Notes: a model not told the origin generated them from the sequence alone. A stretch of 64,000 nucleotides of DNA from Candidatus Saccharimonadales bacterium (GCA_035248005.1 DATFHU010000006.1:17546-81545), one strand, 5' to 3'. Counted from the stretch's first letter, positions 44,654 through 55,394 are shown. Program-made: numbers and translations.

Positions 44654-45682
44654 ATGCTCACGCTTGGACAGGTTACGCAAGAATTAACAGTAATTTTTAC
44701 GTTGAGTTTTCTAACCTTCTGCATAGCTATGCTGCTTACACCGATTTACACATCCTTTGCCTACAGGTATAAGTTTTGGAAGCAGCGGCGTACGCATTCG
44801 ACTACAGGCGAGGCACTTGAAGTTATTAAAAAACTGAGTACACGTAAGCGCAATGTACCCACTATGGCGGGTTTGATTGTCGTGGTGGCTGTTACTGTTG
44901 TAACAGTATTATTTAACCTTGATCGCCAACAGACCTGGTTGCCTTTGGCTGCCCTGTTTGGGGGAGGGGTCGTCGGGCTGCTTGACGATATAATTAACGT
45001 TAGGGGCAGAGGTGGCGGCGTAGCGGGCTTGCGCGCTCCAATAAAGTTCGCCATGATTACAGCGGTTGCTGCGATTGGAGCTTGGTTCTTCTATTTTAAA
45101 CTCGATTATACTACGCTGCATGTTCCGTTTGCAGGAGATGTGGCGCTTGGTTGGCTGCTGATTCCGTTGTTTATTTTGGTGGTTGTTAGTACCAGCAACG
45201 CCGTTAATATTAGTGACGGATTGGATGGATTGGCAGGCGGTCTTTTGATGAGCGCTTATGGCGCATTCGGCGTTATTGCGGCCTTGCAGGGCAACTTTGG
45301 TATTGCTGCGTTTTGCATGACGATCGTTGGTGCGCTACTTGCCTATGTTTGGTTTAATATTGCCCCGGCGCGCTTTTTTATGGGGGACGTGGGTTCATTT
45401 GCATTGGGAACCGGCTTGGGTGTGGTGGCAATGTTGACTGATACGCTGCTTTTACTGCCGCTTATTGGTCTGCTGTTTGTTGCAGAAGCCGGCTCAAGTT
45501 TAGTGCAGATACTCTCTAAAAAGCTGTTTCACCGCAAAATTTTTATCGCAGCACCAATGCACCACCATTTTGAAGCCATAGGTTGGCCCAAAACCAAGGT
45601 AACGATGCGCTTTTGGATTATTGGCCAAGTGTGTGCGGCATTGGGTGTTATCTTGGCACTTATAGGCGGCTATATTTATTGA
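44654..45682 (+). CDS. mraY: Phospho-N-acetylmuramoyl-pentapeptide transferase
   Basis: PTMAG, GLLDD, NAVNISDGLDGL, PARFFMGDVGS and APMHHHFE motifs. Confidence 0.95.
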   Translation: MLTLGQVTQELTVIFTLSFLTFCIAMLLTPIYTSFAYRYKFWKQRRTHSTTGEALEVIKKLSTRKRNVPTMAGLIVVVAVTVVTVLFNLDRQQTWLPLAALFGGGVVGLLDDIINVRGRGGGVAGLRAPIKFAMITAVAAIGAWFFYFKLDYTTLHVPFAGDVALGWLLIPLFILVVVSTSNAVNISDGLDGLAGGLLMSAYGAFGVIAALQGNFGIAAFCMTIVGALLAYVWFNIAPARFFMGDVGSFALGTGLGVVAMLTDTLLLLPLIGLLFVAEAGSSLVQILSKKLFHRKIFIAAPMHHHFEAIGWPKTKVTMRFWIIGQVCAALGVILALIGGYIY

Positions 45683-45689
45683 CTCAAAG

Positions 45690-46131
45690 CATCCACCGTT
45701 CAAAAGCAACAGATTCGGTTGAGCTGCAAGGGCGGCTCAATAATGAAGCCAGTGAAACCCCTGCTCTGTATGTCCATGGCATGTCCGGCAATGGCTACGA
45801 AAACTATTTTCTGGACAATTTAAGAGAGATGTATGCTCAACAGGACATCTCCTTTTTACTGTTGATACGCGGGCGGGCGGTATTGTTAGCTCATTTTGGC
45901 AAGGCGGCCAAGGTAGCAAGCTTGGCTGCAGTTATTTCGAGATTTTTTGAAGAAAAGTTGCCCACGATATCCAAGAGCGTCATGCAATACCTTAAGTCGC
46001 TTGATAAGAGGGTGATTACCGACATGGTTGGTTGGGCTAACACTGATCCGCAGCACGAGCAATACTTGGCCAAGGCAAAGCAGCTGCTTGCAGAGGGCAA
46101 GAGCGAGGAGCTGGTGGGCGCGCAGTGCTAA
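45690..46131 (+). pseudogene. Degraded alpha/beta hydrolase-like fragment
   Basis: LYVHGMSGNGYEN.FLD.L motif without a plausible start, with frame-scrambled middle; resembles DUF1749-type hydrolases (inference). Confidence 0.45.
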
Positions 46132-46176
46132 ATGATCTGATTGCCTGAATAAGTTTCCCCTTGTTATCATTAAGGT

Positions 46177-47475
46177 ATGAAGCAAAAGCTGGGTGGTCTT
46201 CTGCTCAAAATCCGGCAAAACCGGAAACTGGCGATCATTTTAATTGGCGTGGCGGGGGTGGTGGTTATTGGGATAGTCTATGGTCTATTACTGGCAAGAC
46301 CGCCCTCTTCTGCTAACGTCCAGACACAGAAGGGCACGGCTACGCAGCCCACGCAAGCTGCAAACAAAAAGCAAGCATTTAGGCAAAGCCGCGGGCCGGC
46401 CAATGCAGGACCTTGCTCTGACGGACCGCTGTTTAACCACCTCCCTATGGCTTTAGCCGATTTTCGCTCCTTCAGGCCTTTGGGCTTCGTAACTCAGCCG
46501 ACGCACATTTTTGGTGCCAAGCACTCAAGCTTTACGATTAATTTGCCGCACGAGTCTAAAAAAGGATTAAAGGTAGTGTTTCCATCAGACGCCTTGGTAA
46601 CGGCAATTATTAGTACTGAAAGCAAGCGCAGCGCGGGATACCAGATGACTTTTTATCCATGCAGTGATTTTAAATCGTACTTTTTCCACCTGGGCACTAT
46701 TTCTGAAAGGTTGCAGCGGGAAATTAAGGGTGGCAAAGCCACTTGTCAAAATGTTGGTACCGGCGAAAATCTTATCAAAAAATGTCAGGTCGATATAGAA
46801 GTAAAAGTAGAGTCGGGCGAGCTGGCAGGTACAAATGATGGCTTCGCCGGTGTTGATTTTGGAGCGGTCGATTACCGACTGCCGCCCGCCCAGTATGCTA
46901 ACCTGAAACGCTACGACGGCGACTACCCACACTACACATCCCCCATTCTATACTTTACGCCGACACTGAAGTCGCAATTAGAGAGTAAGTTGCGCAGCAT
47001 TGACGGCGCAGTGCTACGCACGGCTGAACCCAAAGTAGGTACCCTGTTGCAAGATATAAAGGGAACGGCTCAAGGAAATTGGTTTATTGGTGATAAATCG
47101 TTTAATAATAGCCAAGACTTTAGCCCGTTCCTGGCTTTGTTGCACGATTATATTGATCCATTGCAGCCTCTTTTTTCTATGGGGACTTCGGTGAAGGGCC
47201 TGAATATGGGGCTATACGGCTTTAAGCCGAGAGGCAGCGGTGTAATAAATCGTGATTTCAAAGATATTAAGCCTGACGGTTCTACCTACTGCTTCGATTC
47301 TTTTTTGACCGGTAAAACAGTTGGCGGCCTTAACCTTTCCGCAGTCAGTGGTGCCATTATTATGGCCATGCCAGACGAATCAAAGCTCAAGGTTGAAAAA
47401 ATTGGTCAAGCCGGCAGCAGTTGCGTTAATACTACTTTGGCCTTCAGCTCGGCTGCTACTATATTTGACAGGTAA
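46177..47475 (+). CDS. Hypothetical membrane-anchored secreted protein
   Basis: N-terminal TM, low-complexity linker, Cys-containing beta-rich domain. Confidence 0.75.
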   Translation: MKQKLGGLLLKIRQNRKLAIILIGVAGVVVIGIVYGLLLARPPSSANVQTQKGTATQPTQAANKKQAFRQSRGPANAGPCSDGPLFNHLPMALADFRSFRPLGFVTQPTHIFGAKHSSFTINLPHESKKGLKVVFPSDALVTAIISTESKRSAGYQMTFYPCSDFKSYFFHLGTISERLQREIKGGKATCQNVGTGENLIKKCQVDIEVKVESGELAGTNDGFAGVDFGAVDYRLPPAQYANLKRYDGDYPHYTSPILYFTPTLKSQLESKLRSIDGAVLRTAEPKVGTLLQDIKGTAQGNWFIGDKSFNNSQDFSPFLALLHDYIDPLQPLFSMGTSVKGLNMGLYGFKPRGSGVINRDFKDIKPDGSTYCFDSFLTGKTVGGLNLSAVSGAIIMAMPDESKLKVEKIGQAGSSCVNTTLAFSSAATIFDR

Positions 47476-47804
47476 CATTTTTTAAATATTTTTATATATG
47501 CAAAAGTTTTTGACAACGATTTACAATGCCGCGATATTTGCTTGAACGCGCGCATCCATAAGGACGAGCGGCCTTGTATCATGCTCCAGTTGCGAATGGT
47601 CGTATGTTGGTATAGCGGCAGCACAGTGTGATACGAGTCAAATAGCTTTGTGAGGCTGTGCTTATAAGCCGGCAGCAGCAGAAAACATCCGGTCCGGCAC
47701 TAACCGTATCGATACCTGCTTGCAAGGCTTTGGATAACTACCATAATCGGAATATGGCAAAACAATTAACGTGTTTTGAACGGCCTAAAGTACATTAAAA
47801 ACTT

Positions 47805-48209
47805 ATGCTTTGCAGCTGCCCATGGTTTAATGAAACTATGCAGGATAAAAAATTGTTTAGGGTGAGTGCGCAAGATGGGTATATTTTATCAAGGTTATGG
47901 GGGGATGCAGGCTCCGAAGAGTTCGAGGAATCTGCAGATGAAGTCCTTGCCCTGCGGAAGCAGAAGCATATTGATAGGCTGTTGTGCGATATCAGGGAAC
48001 TGAATCCGGTGGAAGAAGGTATTAAAGAACAAGCACGGTCAATAGGCACGTTATGGAAAATGCGTGATTTTAAGAAGATTGCTTTTTTGTTGGAGCCGCA
48101 TTTAACAGAGTCAATGGCAGCTGCTTTGGCCGTCTCCCATTTGACTAATCGATGCCAAGTCTTTGAAGATGAAGCCGAAGCGGCTGCGTGGCTCAAGACC
48201 GACGAGTAG
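47805..48209 (+). CDS. STAS/SpoIIAA-like small protein
   Basis: LLCDIREL, KIAFL and FEDEAEA.AWL pattern; likely start near 47837. Confidence 0.6.
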   Translation: MLCSCPWFNETMQDKKLFRVSAQDGYILSRLWGDAGSEEFEESADEVLALRKQKHIDRLLCDIRELNPVEEGIKEQARSIGTLWKMRDFKKIAFLLEPHLTESMAAALAVSHLTNRCQVFEDEAEAAAWLKTDE

Positions 48210-48226
48210 GGCGACTTGCCTAAGTG

Positions 48227-50164
48227 CTATTTTCGGCGATAATTCGTCCGCTGCGCCCTGGCGATTGCCTGCTCGCGGCGGCTTGTAAGGCCAAGGACAT
48301 ACGATCTACCGAACCACAATGCGAAGACCAGGAACACGATAACCATCACTACGACGTAGTCAGTAGCATTGAAGCGTACATGATTAAGGGCGGCAATCGG
48401 CAACGGATTTTTAACGCTTATCAGCTTGGTAGAGACTTCGCCATTTTCGGAGATGGTTAGCGTATGAGTACCGTTGGGTAGATTGATGGTTTCGATGACG
48501 TTATTGGGCAGTAGTTTTTGGTTTATCCATACTTGAATAGAGCTGCCGTTTATGGTCGGGCTGACAATAACTAAACTGCCAACGTTGATGGGATACTGAG
48601 GGGCGGAGAAGGTGTTGGCGTTAACGACAGTCGTTCTGTTGGTGGGTGGTGGCGCAGCTTGTTCGTTGGGCTTGTCAGTACTTAAGTTGTCTATAAGGAT
48701 GACAACGGTTTTGGACTGGCCCATGTTGTCGGTGGGGTCCCAGGCTCTGAGCACTACGGAGTGTTTACCCTCTTTGTATTTGCGCGTATCGATTTTAAAT
48801 TCGTAAGGCGCGGATTCGTCGGTTGAGACATATTTATCATCTATGCGCAGGGTAACGGCTTTTACTTTTACATTATCAGAGGCATTGCCTTTTACGGTTA
48901 TGACGCCTGCCTGTCTTGATCCTTCAGTTGGTGAAGATAAAGTGATGGTTGGCGGCACTGTGTCTTTGCTTGGCGTTGGAGTAGGGGTTGGAGTAGGCAG
49001 GGGCTGGGGTGTGCCTAGGCCTTCGCCAACGATGCGGCGGTGGTTTGCAAAGGCGTTGTAGGCGTTTTGCATGCTGCTGCTGGTACCGTTTCCGTCATAG
49101 CCGACACGGTAGTTTTCGCCGTCTGCCGCACCTTTGTGCCGGGCATCGAAAATCATGTAGGCCTTTAGGCGGGGAAAGGTGTTTTTTTCGAGTGCTTCTT
49201 TGGCTTGAGTGAAGTAACTGACGCCCTGGGCGGCTGAAGGGTCTTTAATGCCCCACTCGACAATTCCCCATGGTTTGGACAGGTAATTTTGGTTAGCATT
49301 GCTGGTACGCGTCAGCAGGTCGTAAAATCGGCCAACTTCGGTTACGAACTTATCGTTGCCTACCCCGTAACCATTAAACATTACCCAGTCCACAAGGTCG
49401 TTGCCAGGGTAAAGGTCGTCGACCATACAGTCCCAGCGCTCATAATTCATGTAATCCATGACCCACACCACATTCGTCGCGCCGGCAGCCTTAAAGCGAT
49501 TCTGAACATTGCGCCACATTGCGCGGTATTCGGTGGGTGTGCCGGCCGAGCCGCGGTAGGTGCTGCAACCCGATGCGCCTCCGGCAACATCGTTTTCCGG
49601 CTCGTGGTGAAGTGTCATAAAGATCTTTTTAGAACCGAGCGCCTTGACGCTGCGGGCCATTTTGTCGATGTTGGCATTGGCTGTGCCGTTGCTGCCATCG
49701 CCATCGCGCCATTTCTGTACCGGTTTCCAGTTAGCAAACAGGTAGGTGCCGTCCCGTTTGGCAAAGAAGGCATCGGTTTCGTTAAGGTCGTTATCCCCAA
49801 CCGGATGATAGGTGTGGGCGATATCGAGCTTGCGGCCGATCCGCTGTTCGTGGTACAGCAGTTGGCTTTTAGTGTTGTCGGCCGCTGCGGGGTAATTATT
49901 AACTGCCGCACCTAACCATGGACGGCAAGAATTAACCAATGTGCTCGAAACGCCACACCCTTCGGCGCTCCCGGTTTGAGGCGGTGAACTGACAAGCACA
50001 ATCGTACCCCAAGCCAAACCGATAACAAATAACGCCATGCCGCCGACATGATGCCATCTAAGACGTTTAGTCCAGGATTGTTTATGTGCCGTCTTTTTAT
50101 GTGCGCTACTGCGCGTTACCTTCGAGCTTCTCGAAGAAACTGGTTTTTTTGTTTTGGCTTTCAC
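48227..50164 (-). CDS. Surface glycoside hydrolase (GH26-like) + Pro linker + Ig-like domain, TM at both ends
   Basis: HHEPEN, W...Q..F...GATNVVWV, YPG.D.VDW...GY, KP..I.EWG; PTPTPTP linker; D.VPPTITLSSP Ig domain. Confidence 0.8.
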   Translation of the reverse strand: MKAKTKKPVSSRSSKVTRSSAHKKTAHKQSWTKRLRWHHVGGMALFVIGLAWGTIVLVSSPPQTGSAEGCGVSSTLVNSCRPWLGAAVNNYPAAADNTKSQLLYHEQRIGRKLDIAHTYHPVGDNDLNETDAFFAKRDGTYLFANWKPVQKWRDGDGSNGTANANIDKMARSVKALGSKKIFMTLHHEPENDVAGGASGCSTYRGSAGTPTEYRAMWRNVQNRFKAAGATNVVWVMDYMNYERWDCMVDDLYPGNDLVDWVMFNGYGVGNDKFVTEVGRFYDLLTRTSNANQNYLSKPWGIVEWGIKDPSAAQGVSYFTQAKEALEKNTFPRLKAYMIFDARHKGAADGENYRVGYDGNGTSSSMQNAYNAFANHRRIVGEGLGTPQPLPTPTPTPTPSKDTVPPTITLSSPTEGSRQAGVITVKGNASDNVKVKAVTLRIDDKYVSTDESAPYEFKIDTRKYKEGKHSVVLRAWDPTDNMGQSKTVVILIDNLSTDKPNEQAAPPPTNRTTVVNANTFSAPQYPINVGSLVIVSPTINGSSIQVWINQKLLPNNVIETINLPNGTHTLTISENGEVSTKLISVKNPLPIAALNHVRFNATDYVVVMVIVFLVFALWFGRSYVLGLTSRREQAIARAQRTNYRRK

Positions 50165-50382
50165 AATGCTTCCTAAAGGTTTTTTATTTTTAGTTTAAAT
50201 ATTCTATAGCTTAGAATACGCTCTCATATTGCAAATGTCTACAATATGGCATGTCTGTGTAAAAAACATATGGTTGCTATGTTAGCCTGGCAATATAAGT
50301 CAGGACGCTCACATCGGACTACTTGGCCACTTACGGAATGGCTGTGCATGGTACAATACGAACAAGAATTAGAGGGAAATGC

Positions 50383-50748
50383 GTGACCAATAGCCACAAA
50401 AGCGTTTTGATTGTTGAGGACGAAAAGCCGCTTGCCGGTGCGCTGAAACTCAAGCTGGAGCACGAGGGCTTTTTGGTAACACTTGCTGTCACGGGACAGG
50501 AGTGCGTGGACTTGTGTAGTACCCGGCATTTCGATGTAATTTTACTCGACCTTATTATGCCTGCCATGGACGGATTTCAGGTACTGGAGTGGTTGCAAGA
50601 GCAGCCCAATCCGCCAACAGTGTTTGTTATTTCCAACCTTAGCCAGCCCGAAGATGAAGAGCGGGTACGCAAACTAGGCGCGCAAAAGTTTTTCGTTAAG
50701 TCCGATACTCCTTTGACTAAGATTGTTGACGAGGTTCAGAAAGTATAG
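50383..50748 (+). CDS. Stand-alone response regulator receiver
   Basis: IVEDE, LLDLIMP, ISN and FVK motifs. Confidence 0.92.
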   Translation: MTNSHKSVLIVEDEKPLAGALKLKLEHEGFLVTLAVTGQECVDLCSTRHFDVILLDLIMPAMDGFQVLEWLQEQPNPPTVFVISNLSQPEDEERVRKLGAQKFFVKSDTPLTKIVDEVQKV

Positions 50749-50764
50749 GCCGGCCGAGGTGGGT

Positions 50765-52417
50765 ATGTATCCGAGCATAGACGAAATCAAAAAGATACTG
50801 CTGCAAGAAAATTATATTTCCGAAGCAGACAGCCAGGCTGCCGAAGCTGCTTCGCACGACAGCGCGGGATATGTCGATTATCTTATCCGTGCCGATTTGC
50901 TCAGTAAGGCTTTGCTTGGTCAGGCGTTGGCCGAGGGATATCGTTTGCCATTTGCCGATCTTAGTGCACACCCGGTCGGCAAAGAAGAAGTACATAAAAT
51001 TCCAGAGCGTATCGCCCGTGCGCAGCGCGCGGTATTTATAAAGGCTTCTGATAAAGTAGCAGTCATTGCAACTGGCTCCCCGGAAAGTGCTGATGCTAAG
51101 GCATTGCAGCAGCTTTTCCCGCATCTAAAGATAAGCTTTGCTTATACCCTGCCGGAATATATCGAAGCCGCTTTTAATTTGTACGAACAACCGCTTGAAA
51201 CGCGATTTTCTAAGATTTTGAAGACAAGCCAGCGGGTAGCGCCGGAAGTTGTTGACGAAATTATAAAAGACGCGCTTAACTTCCAGGCTTCGGATATTCA
51301 TTTCGAGCCTCGCGGCAAGCAAGTAAGCGTCCGTTTCCGAGTGGACGGCGCGCTGCGCGAAGCCGGTAATGTACCCAAGGAGTATTACGACAATATTCTA
51401 AATCGCATAAAAGTCGAAAGCGGCATGCGTATCGACGAGCACCTGGCAGCCCAAGATGGCGCCATGCAGCGGGTGGTGGATGGGCGGAACGTCGATTTGC
51501 GTGTTTCGCTGGTGCCAACGGTCGAGGGGGAAAAAGTGACGATGCGGGTGCTTGGCTCGTATGTTGCAGGGTTTAGTTTTGCCGATGTCGGCTTGAGCGA
51601 TCAGCACCGCGAGATGGTCGAGCGCAGTATTATGAAGCCTTTCGGCATGATTTTAACGGTCGGCCCGACCGGTTCCGGCAAGACGACCACGCTCTATTCC
51701 CTGCTTAAGATGCTGAACAAATCGGACGTCAATATTACGACCATTGAAGACCCGGTAGAGTACAAAATGAGCGGCACCAACCAAATACAAGTGCGCGAAG
51801 CCGGTAATCTGACTTTTGCTAAGGGTTTACGGGCGATTGTTCGCCAAGACCCGGATGTTATTTTGGTGGGAGAAATCCGCGACCAAGAAACAGCCGAGAT
51901 ATCAGTAAACGCCGCCTTGACCGGCCACCTGCTGCTTTCGACGTTCCATGCCAACGACGCCGCAACAGCCATGCCTCGCCTGGTGGATATGGGCATCGAG
52001 CCGTTTTTATTGGCTTCTACGCTAGACATTATTATCGCGCAGCGCTTGGTACGCAAAATCTGCAGCCGCTGCCGGTACGGGCTGAGTATTGGCGAAGCCA
52101 CAGCTCATTTGCCAGTACAGAATTTGAATTGGTGGCACTATTTTAACGAAGGCGACACGGTGTACGCCGGTAAGGGCTGCGACACCTGCAGCGGCAGTGG
52201 CTACCACGGCCGGTCGGCTTTGTTCGAGATTGTTGAGGTAACGCCCCAGATGCAGGAGCTTATGCTGCGTTCCCCGTCGACGCGGGAAATCGAACAATTG
52301 GCTCGTACACAAGGGTGTCGCCCTATGTTTGAAGATGGTATTGAAAAGGTAAGGCGCGGCGTAACTACGCTTGCCGAGGTGGTGCGCGTAGTGCCGCCCA
52401 CGCCTGCGGAGAAGTAA
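50765..52417 (+). CDS. pilB: Type IV pilus/T2SS assembly ATPase (PilB/GspE)
   Basis: SDIHFEP, GPTGSGKTTT, TIEDPVE, RQDPDVILVGEIRD, TGHL.LST.H and the C..C/C..C zinc motif. Confidence 0.95.
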   Translation: MYPSIDEIKKILLQENYISEADSQAAEAASHDSAGYVDYLIRADLLSKALLGQALAEGYRLPFADLSAHPVGKEEVHKIPERIARAQRAVFIKASDKVAVIATGSPESADAKALQQLFPHLKISFAYTLPEYIEAAFNLYEQPLETRFSKILKTSQRVAPEVVDEIIKDALNFQASDIHFEPRGKQVSVRFRVDGALREAGNVPKEYYDNILNRIKVESGMRIDEHLAAQDGAMQRVVDGRNVDLRVSLVPTVEGEKVTMRVLGSYVAGFSFADVGLSDQHREMVERSIMKPFGMILTVGPTGSGKTTTLYSLLKMLNKSDVNITTIEDPVEYKMSGTNQIQVREAGNLTFAKGLRAIVRQDPDVILVGEIRDQETAEISVNAALTGHLLLSTFHANDAATAMPRLVDMGIEPFLLASTLDIIIAQRLVRKICSRCRYGLSIGEATAHLPVQNLNWWHYFNEGDTVYAGKGCDTCSGSGYHGRSALFEIVEVTPQMQELMLRSPSTREIEQLARTQGCRPMFEDGIEKVRRGVTTLAEVVRVVPPTPAEK

Positions 52418-53514
52418 TGGCAACTAAGGAGCGAAAAAATTGGTTAAGCGGGCTGCGCAAGATCCACTTTACGTACAAAGAACGTGAATATTTTAGCGCG
52501 AATTTAGCCATGATGTTACGGTCGGCGGTGCCAATCGGGCAAGCGCTTGATTCGTTGCGTAACACTACCAACAATCAGGCACTTAAAAAAACACTGGCTC
52601 AAATGCAAACCGATATCGAAGCCGGCCTTGGTTTGGCTGACGCCTTGCAGCGTTCGGGCCTGGTAAGTCCTCAAACGCTGGTGCTCGTCCGCCTGGGCGA
52701 AAAATCCGGGCATCTTATCGATAATTTAGAGTTGGCGGCCCAGCAGGAAGAAAAGCGGCACATGTTTGCGGCCCGGGTACGCTCGGCGCTTATTTATCCT
52801 TCGTTCGTATTGGGATTGACTGTGCTTGTGGGACTGGGTGTAGCGTGGTTTTTGTTGCCCCGGCTTGCCGTGACATTTTCGGAATTAAAAGTTGCTTTGC
52901 CGTTTATTACCAAAATGATGATCGGTTGCGGAGTGTTCTTAAGAGACTATGGCTACATAGCCGTGCCGCTAGGGTTGTTGGCGCTTGTTGCAAGCGGATA
53001 TGTATTATTCGTTGCGCCGCGTACCAGGGCAATCGGCATGCGCCTGCTATTCCGCTTGCCTGGCATAGGCCGTCTGATGAGCGAGGTAGAGATTGCACAG
53101 TTCGGTTATCTGCTGGGCACACTGCTCAATGCCGGTCTGCCAGTAACGCAGGCAGTTCGATTACTGGCCGGCGCTAGCACGGCCCCCCATTACAAACGTT
53201 TTTACACCTATTTGGCAGATTCGATTGGCGACGGGTACAGTTTTAAAGACAGTCTGCACCACTACACGGGCAGCTTGCAGCTTATACCGCCTGCCATACA
53301 ACAAATGATGATTGCCGGCGAGTCCTCTGGTTCGCTGCCCGAAGTGTTAGCTACTATAGGCCGGACCTACGAGCAAAAGTCGGACATTACCACGCAAAAT
53401 CTGCAGTCCATTCTTGAGCCTATTCTGCTGGTTATCGTGTGGATCGGCGTCATGTTGGTAGCAGTGGCGGTTATTGTACCGATTTACAGTTTGGTCGGGG
53501 GTTTGCGCCAGTAA
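52417..53514 (+). CDS. pilC: Type IV pilus/T2SS inner-membrane platform protein (PilC/GspF)
   Basis: GEKSG, ALIYP, GESSGSL and LEP motifs. Confidence 0.93.
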   Translation: MATKERKNWLSGLRKIHFTYKEREYFSANLAMMLRSAVPIGQALDSLRNTTNNQALKKTLAQMQTDIEAGLGLADALQRSGLVSPQTLVLVRLGEKSGHLIDNLELAAQQEEKRHMFAARVRSALIYPSFVLGLTVLVGLGVAWFLLPRLAVTFSELKVALPFITKMMIGCGVFLRDYGYIAVPLGLLALVASGYVLFVAPRTRAIGMRLLFRLPGIGRLMSEVEIAQFGYLLGTLLNAGLPVTQAVRLLAGASTAPHYKRFYTYLADSIGDGYSFKDSLHHYTGSLQLIPPAIQQMMIAGESSGSLPEVLATIGRTYEQKSDITTQNLQSILEPILLVIVWIGVMLVAVAVIVPIYSLVGGLRQ

Positions 53515-53948
53515 TGAAGCAACGAGGATTTACGCTCCTTGAGGTGTTGTTGTCGGTGACGATAATCACTGTGTTGGTTGGCGCGTCGTTGCCAGTGTAC
53601 GAATCATTTGTGCGCCGTAATGACCTGGACCTTACCACGCAAAGGGTCGCAGAGGCATTACGCCGGGCTCAAACCTATGCCCGGGCAGCCAAAGGGGATG
53701 TTGACTGGAGCGTAGCAGTACAAACTTCGGCTGTTACCTTATTTGAGGGTACGAATTTTGCCGGGCGTGATACCGGCATGGACGAAGTCATCACCCTTCC
53801 TGCTACGGTTACACCCGGCGGATTAAGTGAAGTGCGGTTTGCTAAATTCAGTGCCACCCCCAACACAACCGGTACGATTACGTTTAGTAGTACTATTAAC
53901 GATACGAGGATTATAACAATCAATGCCAAGGGTATGGTCGATTACTAA
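53514..53948 (+). CDS. Minor pilin / pseudopilin
   Basis: RGFTLLEVL class III signal. Confidence 0.9.
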   Translation: MKQRGFTLLEVLLSVTIITVLVGASLPVYESFVRRNDLDLTTQRVAEALRRAQTYARAAKGDVDWSVAVQTSAVTLFEGTNFAGRDTGMDEVITLPATVTPGGLSEVRFAKFSATPNTTGTITFSSTINDTRIITINAKGMVDY

Positions 53949-55389
53949 AACTGCGATCCAGGGCACGCTCCGGCGCGGCGCGTCAGACGCCATTCGCCAC
54001 GCCGGTTTCTCGGTGGTCGAGGTTATATTGGCCGCCACTGTTTTAGGCTTTTTGGCAACGGCACTTGTTGGCGCATTAGTGTATGGCAGATCATCGACAG
54101 CAGGTGCTGGCGACCGGACACGGGCGATTTTTTTGGCAGACGAGGGTTTTGAAGCAACACGCAATATTACTAATGCAGCCTACGCCAACCTTGTAGACGG
54201 CACGCGCGGCCTGACGCAAAGCGGCGGCCCGCTCGTATGGGCGTTTTTGGGTACAACCGATACCACGGGCATCTACACGCGCCAAATCACTATTGCCAGC
54301 GCCGGTACCGACCGCAAAAGCATTACTAGTACCGTAACCTGGCCGCAAGCCGGCGGCACAACAGGCAGTGCAGTCATAACGAGCCGTTTAACGAACTGGC
54401 GGGCGGCAATAGACTTATGGAGTAATGGCATTATAGCTGGCTCTGCGGATGCTACCGGAACCACCGATGCCATTAAAACCGATACCGTCGGTATATACGC
54501 CTATACGGTGCGCAATACCACCTCAAGCAATTTTGTCGTTACTGACATTTCTAACCCGGCAGCACCCGTCATTATTCGTACCGTAACTATTGCGGGAACA
54601 CCTACTAACATTACGGTGAGCGGTAACTACGCGTATGTTACTAATACAAGTGATACTGCCGAACTACAGGTGGTAGACGTTACTAATCCCGTAATAACAG
54701 CCCCTTCGGTTGTTCACAGCGTGAACATGACTGGCGCCGGTAATGGCCAAAGCGTGGCCGTGAGCGGTAACTACGCTTTTGTGGCGCGTGCCGCCGACAC
54801 GACCGCGGGCGCAAATGAATTCACGGTAGTTAACATTTCTAACCCTCTAACCGCCAGTGTGACAGGAGGTTACAATAATAATATATCGATGAATGGCATG
54901 ACTGTTTTGGGCAATTTTGCGTATGTTCCTACCAGTTCGACCACGCAGGAAATGTTGGTTATTAATATTACTACGCCGACTGCTCCTGCATTAACGATTG
55001 CCTATAACGCGCCCACTGCAGTTGCCGCTCAAACTATAAGCGGTTTCGGCAGCACAGTGTTTTTAGCTGCCGGCACCACGCTTCGTTCAATTAATGTAGC
55101 CACCCCTTCTGCACCCGTATCGTTAGGCACCTTTACGGCGGCGGGTACAATTAACGACATTGAAATAGATATTACGGATCAGTTCGCATTTTTAGGCACT
55201 TCCAGCACAACGGCCGAGTTCCAGGTAGTAAATATCGCAAATCCTGCGTCTATGTCCCTTACAAGGTCGGTTGATGCATCTGGAACTGCCACCACAATAA
55301 GCGGGGTGAGTTACAATAGCTCGTATGATATAGTGGTGGGCGCCAGCGCCTCTAATACCCAGGAAATCCTGGTGTTTAGGAGAAATTAG
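53923..55389 (+). CDS. Pilin fused to LVIVD-type beta-propeller repeats
   Basis: AGFSVVEVIL signal; repeats V.DISNP, VSGNYAYV, V.D.TNP, VVNI.NP; start uncertain. Confidence 0.8.
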   Translation: MPRVWSITKTAIQGTLRRGASDAIRHAGFSVVEVILAATVLGFLATALVGALVYGRSSTAGAGDRTRAIFLADEGFEATRNITNAAYANLVDGTRGLTQSGGPLVWAFLGTTDTTGIYTRQITIASAGTDRKSITSTVTWPQAGGTTGSAVITSRLTNWRAAIDLWSNGIIAGSADATGTTDAIKTDTVGIYAYTVRNTTSSNFVVTDISNPAAPVIIRTVTIAGTPTNITVSGNYAYVTNTSDTAELQVVDVTNPVITAPSVVHSVNMTGAGNGQSVAVSGNYAFVARAADTTAGANEFTVVNISNPLTASVTGGYNNNISMNGMTVLGNFAYVPTSSTTQEMLVINITTPTAPALTIAYNAPTAVAAQTISGFGSTVFLAAGTTLRSINVATPSAPVSLGTFTAAGTINDIEIDITDQFAFLGTSSTTAEFQVVNIANPASMSLTRSVDASGTATTISGVSYNSSYDIVVGASASNTQEILVFRRN

Positions 55390-55394
55390 GCGGT

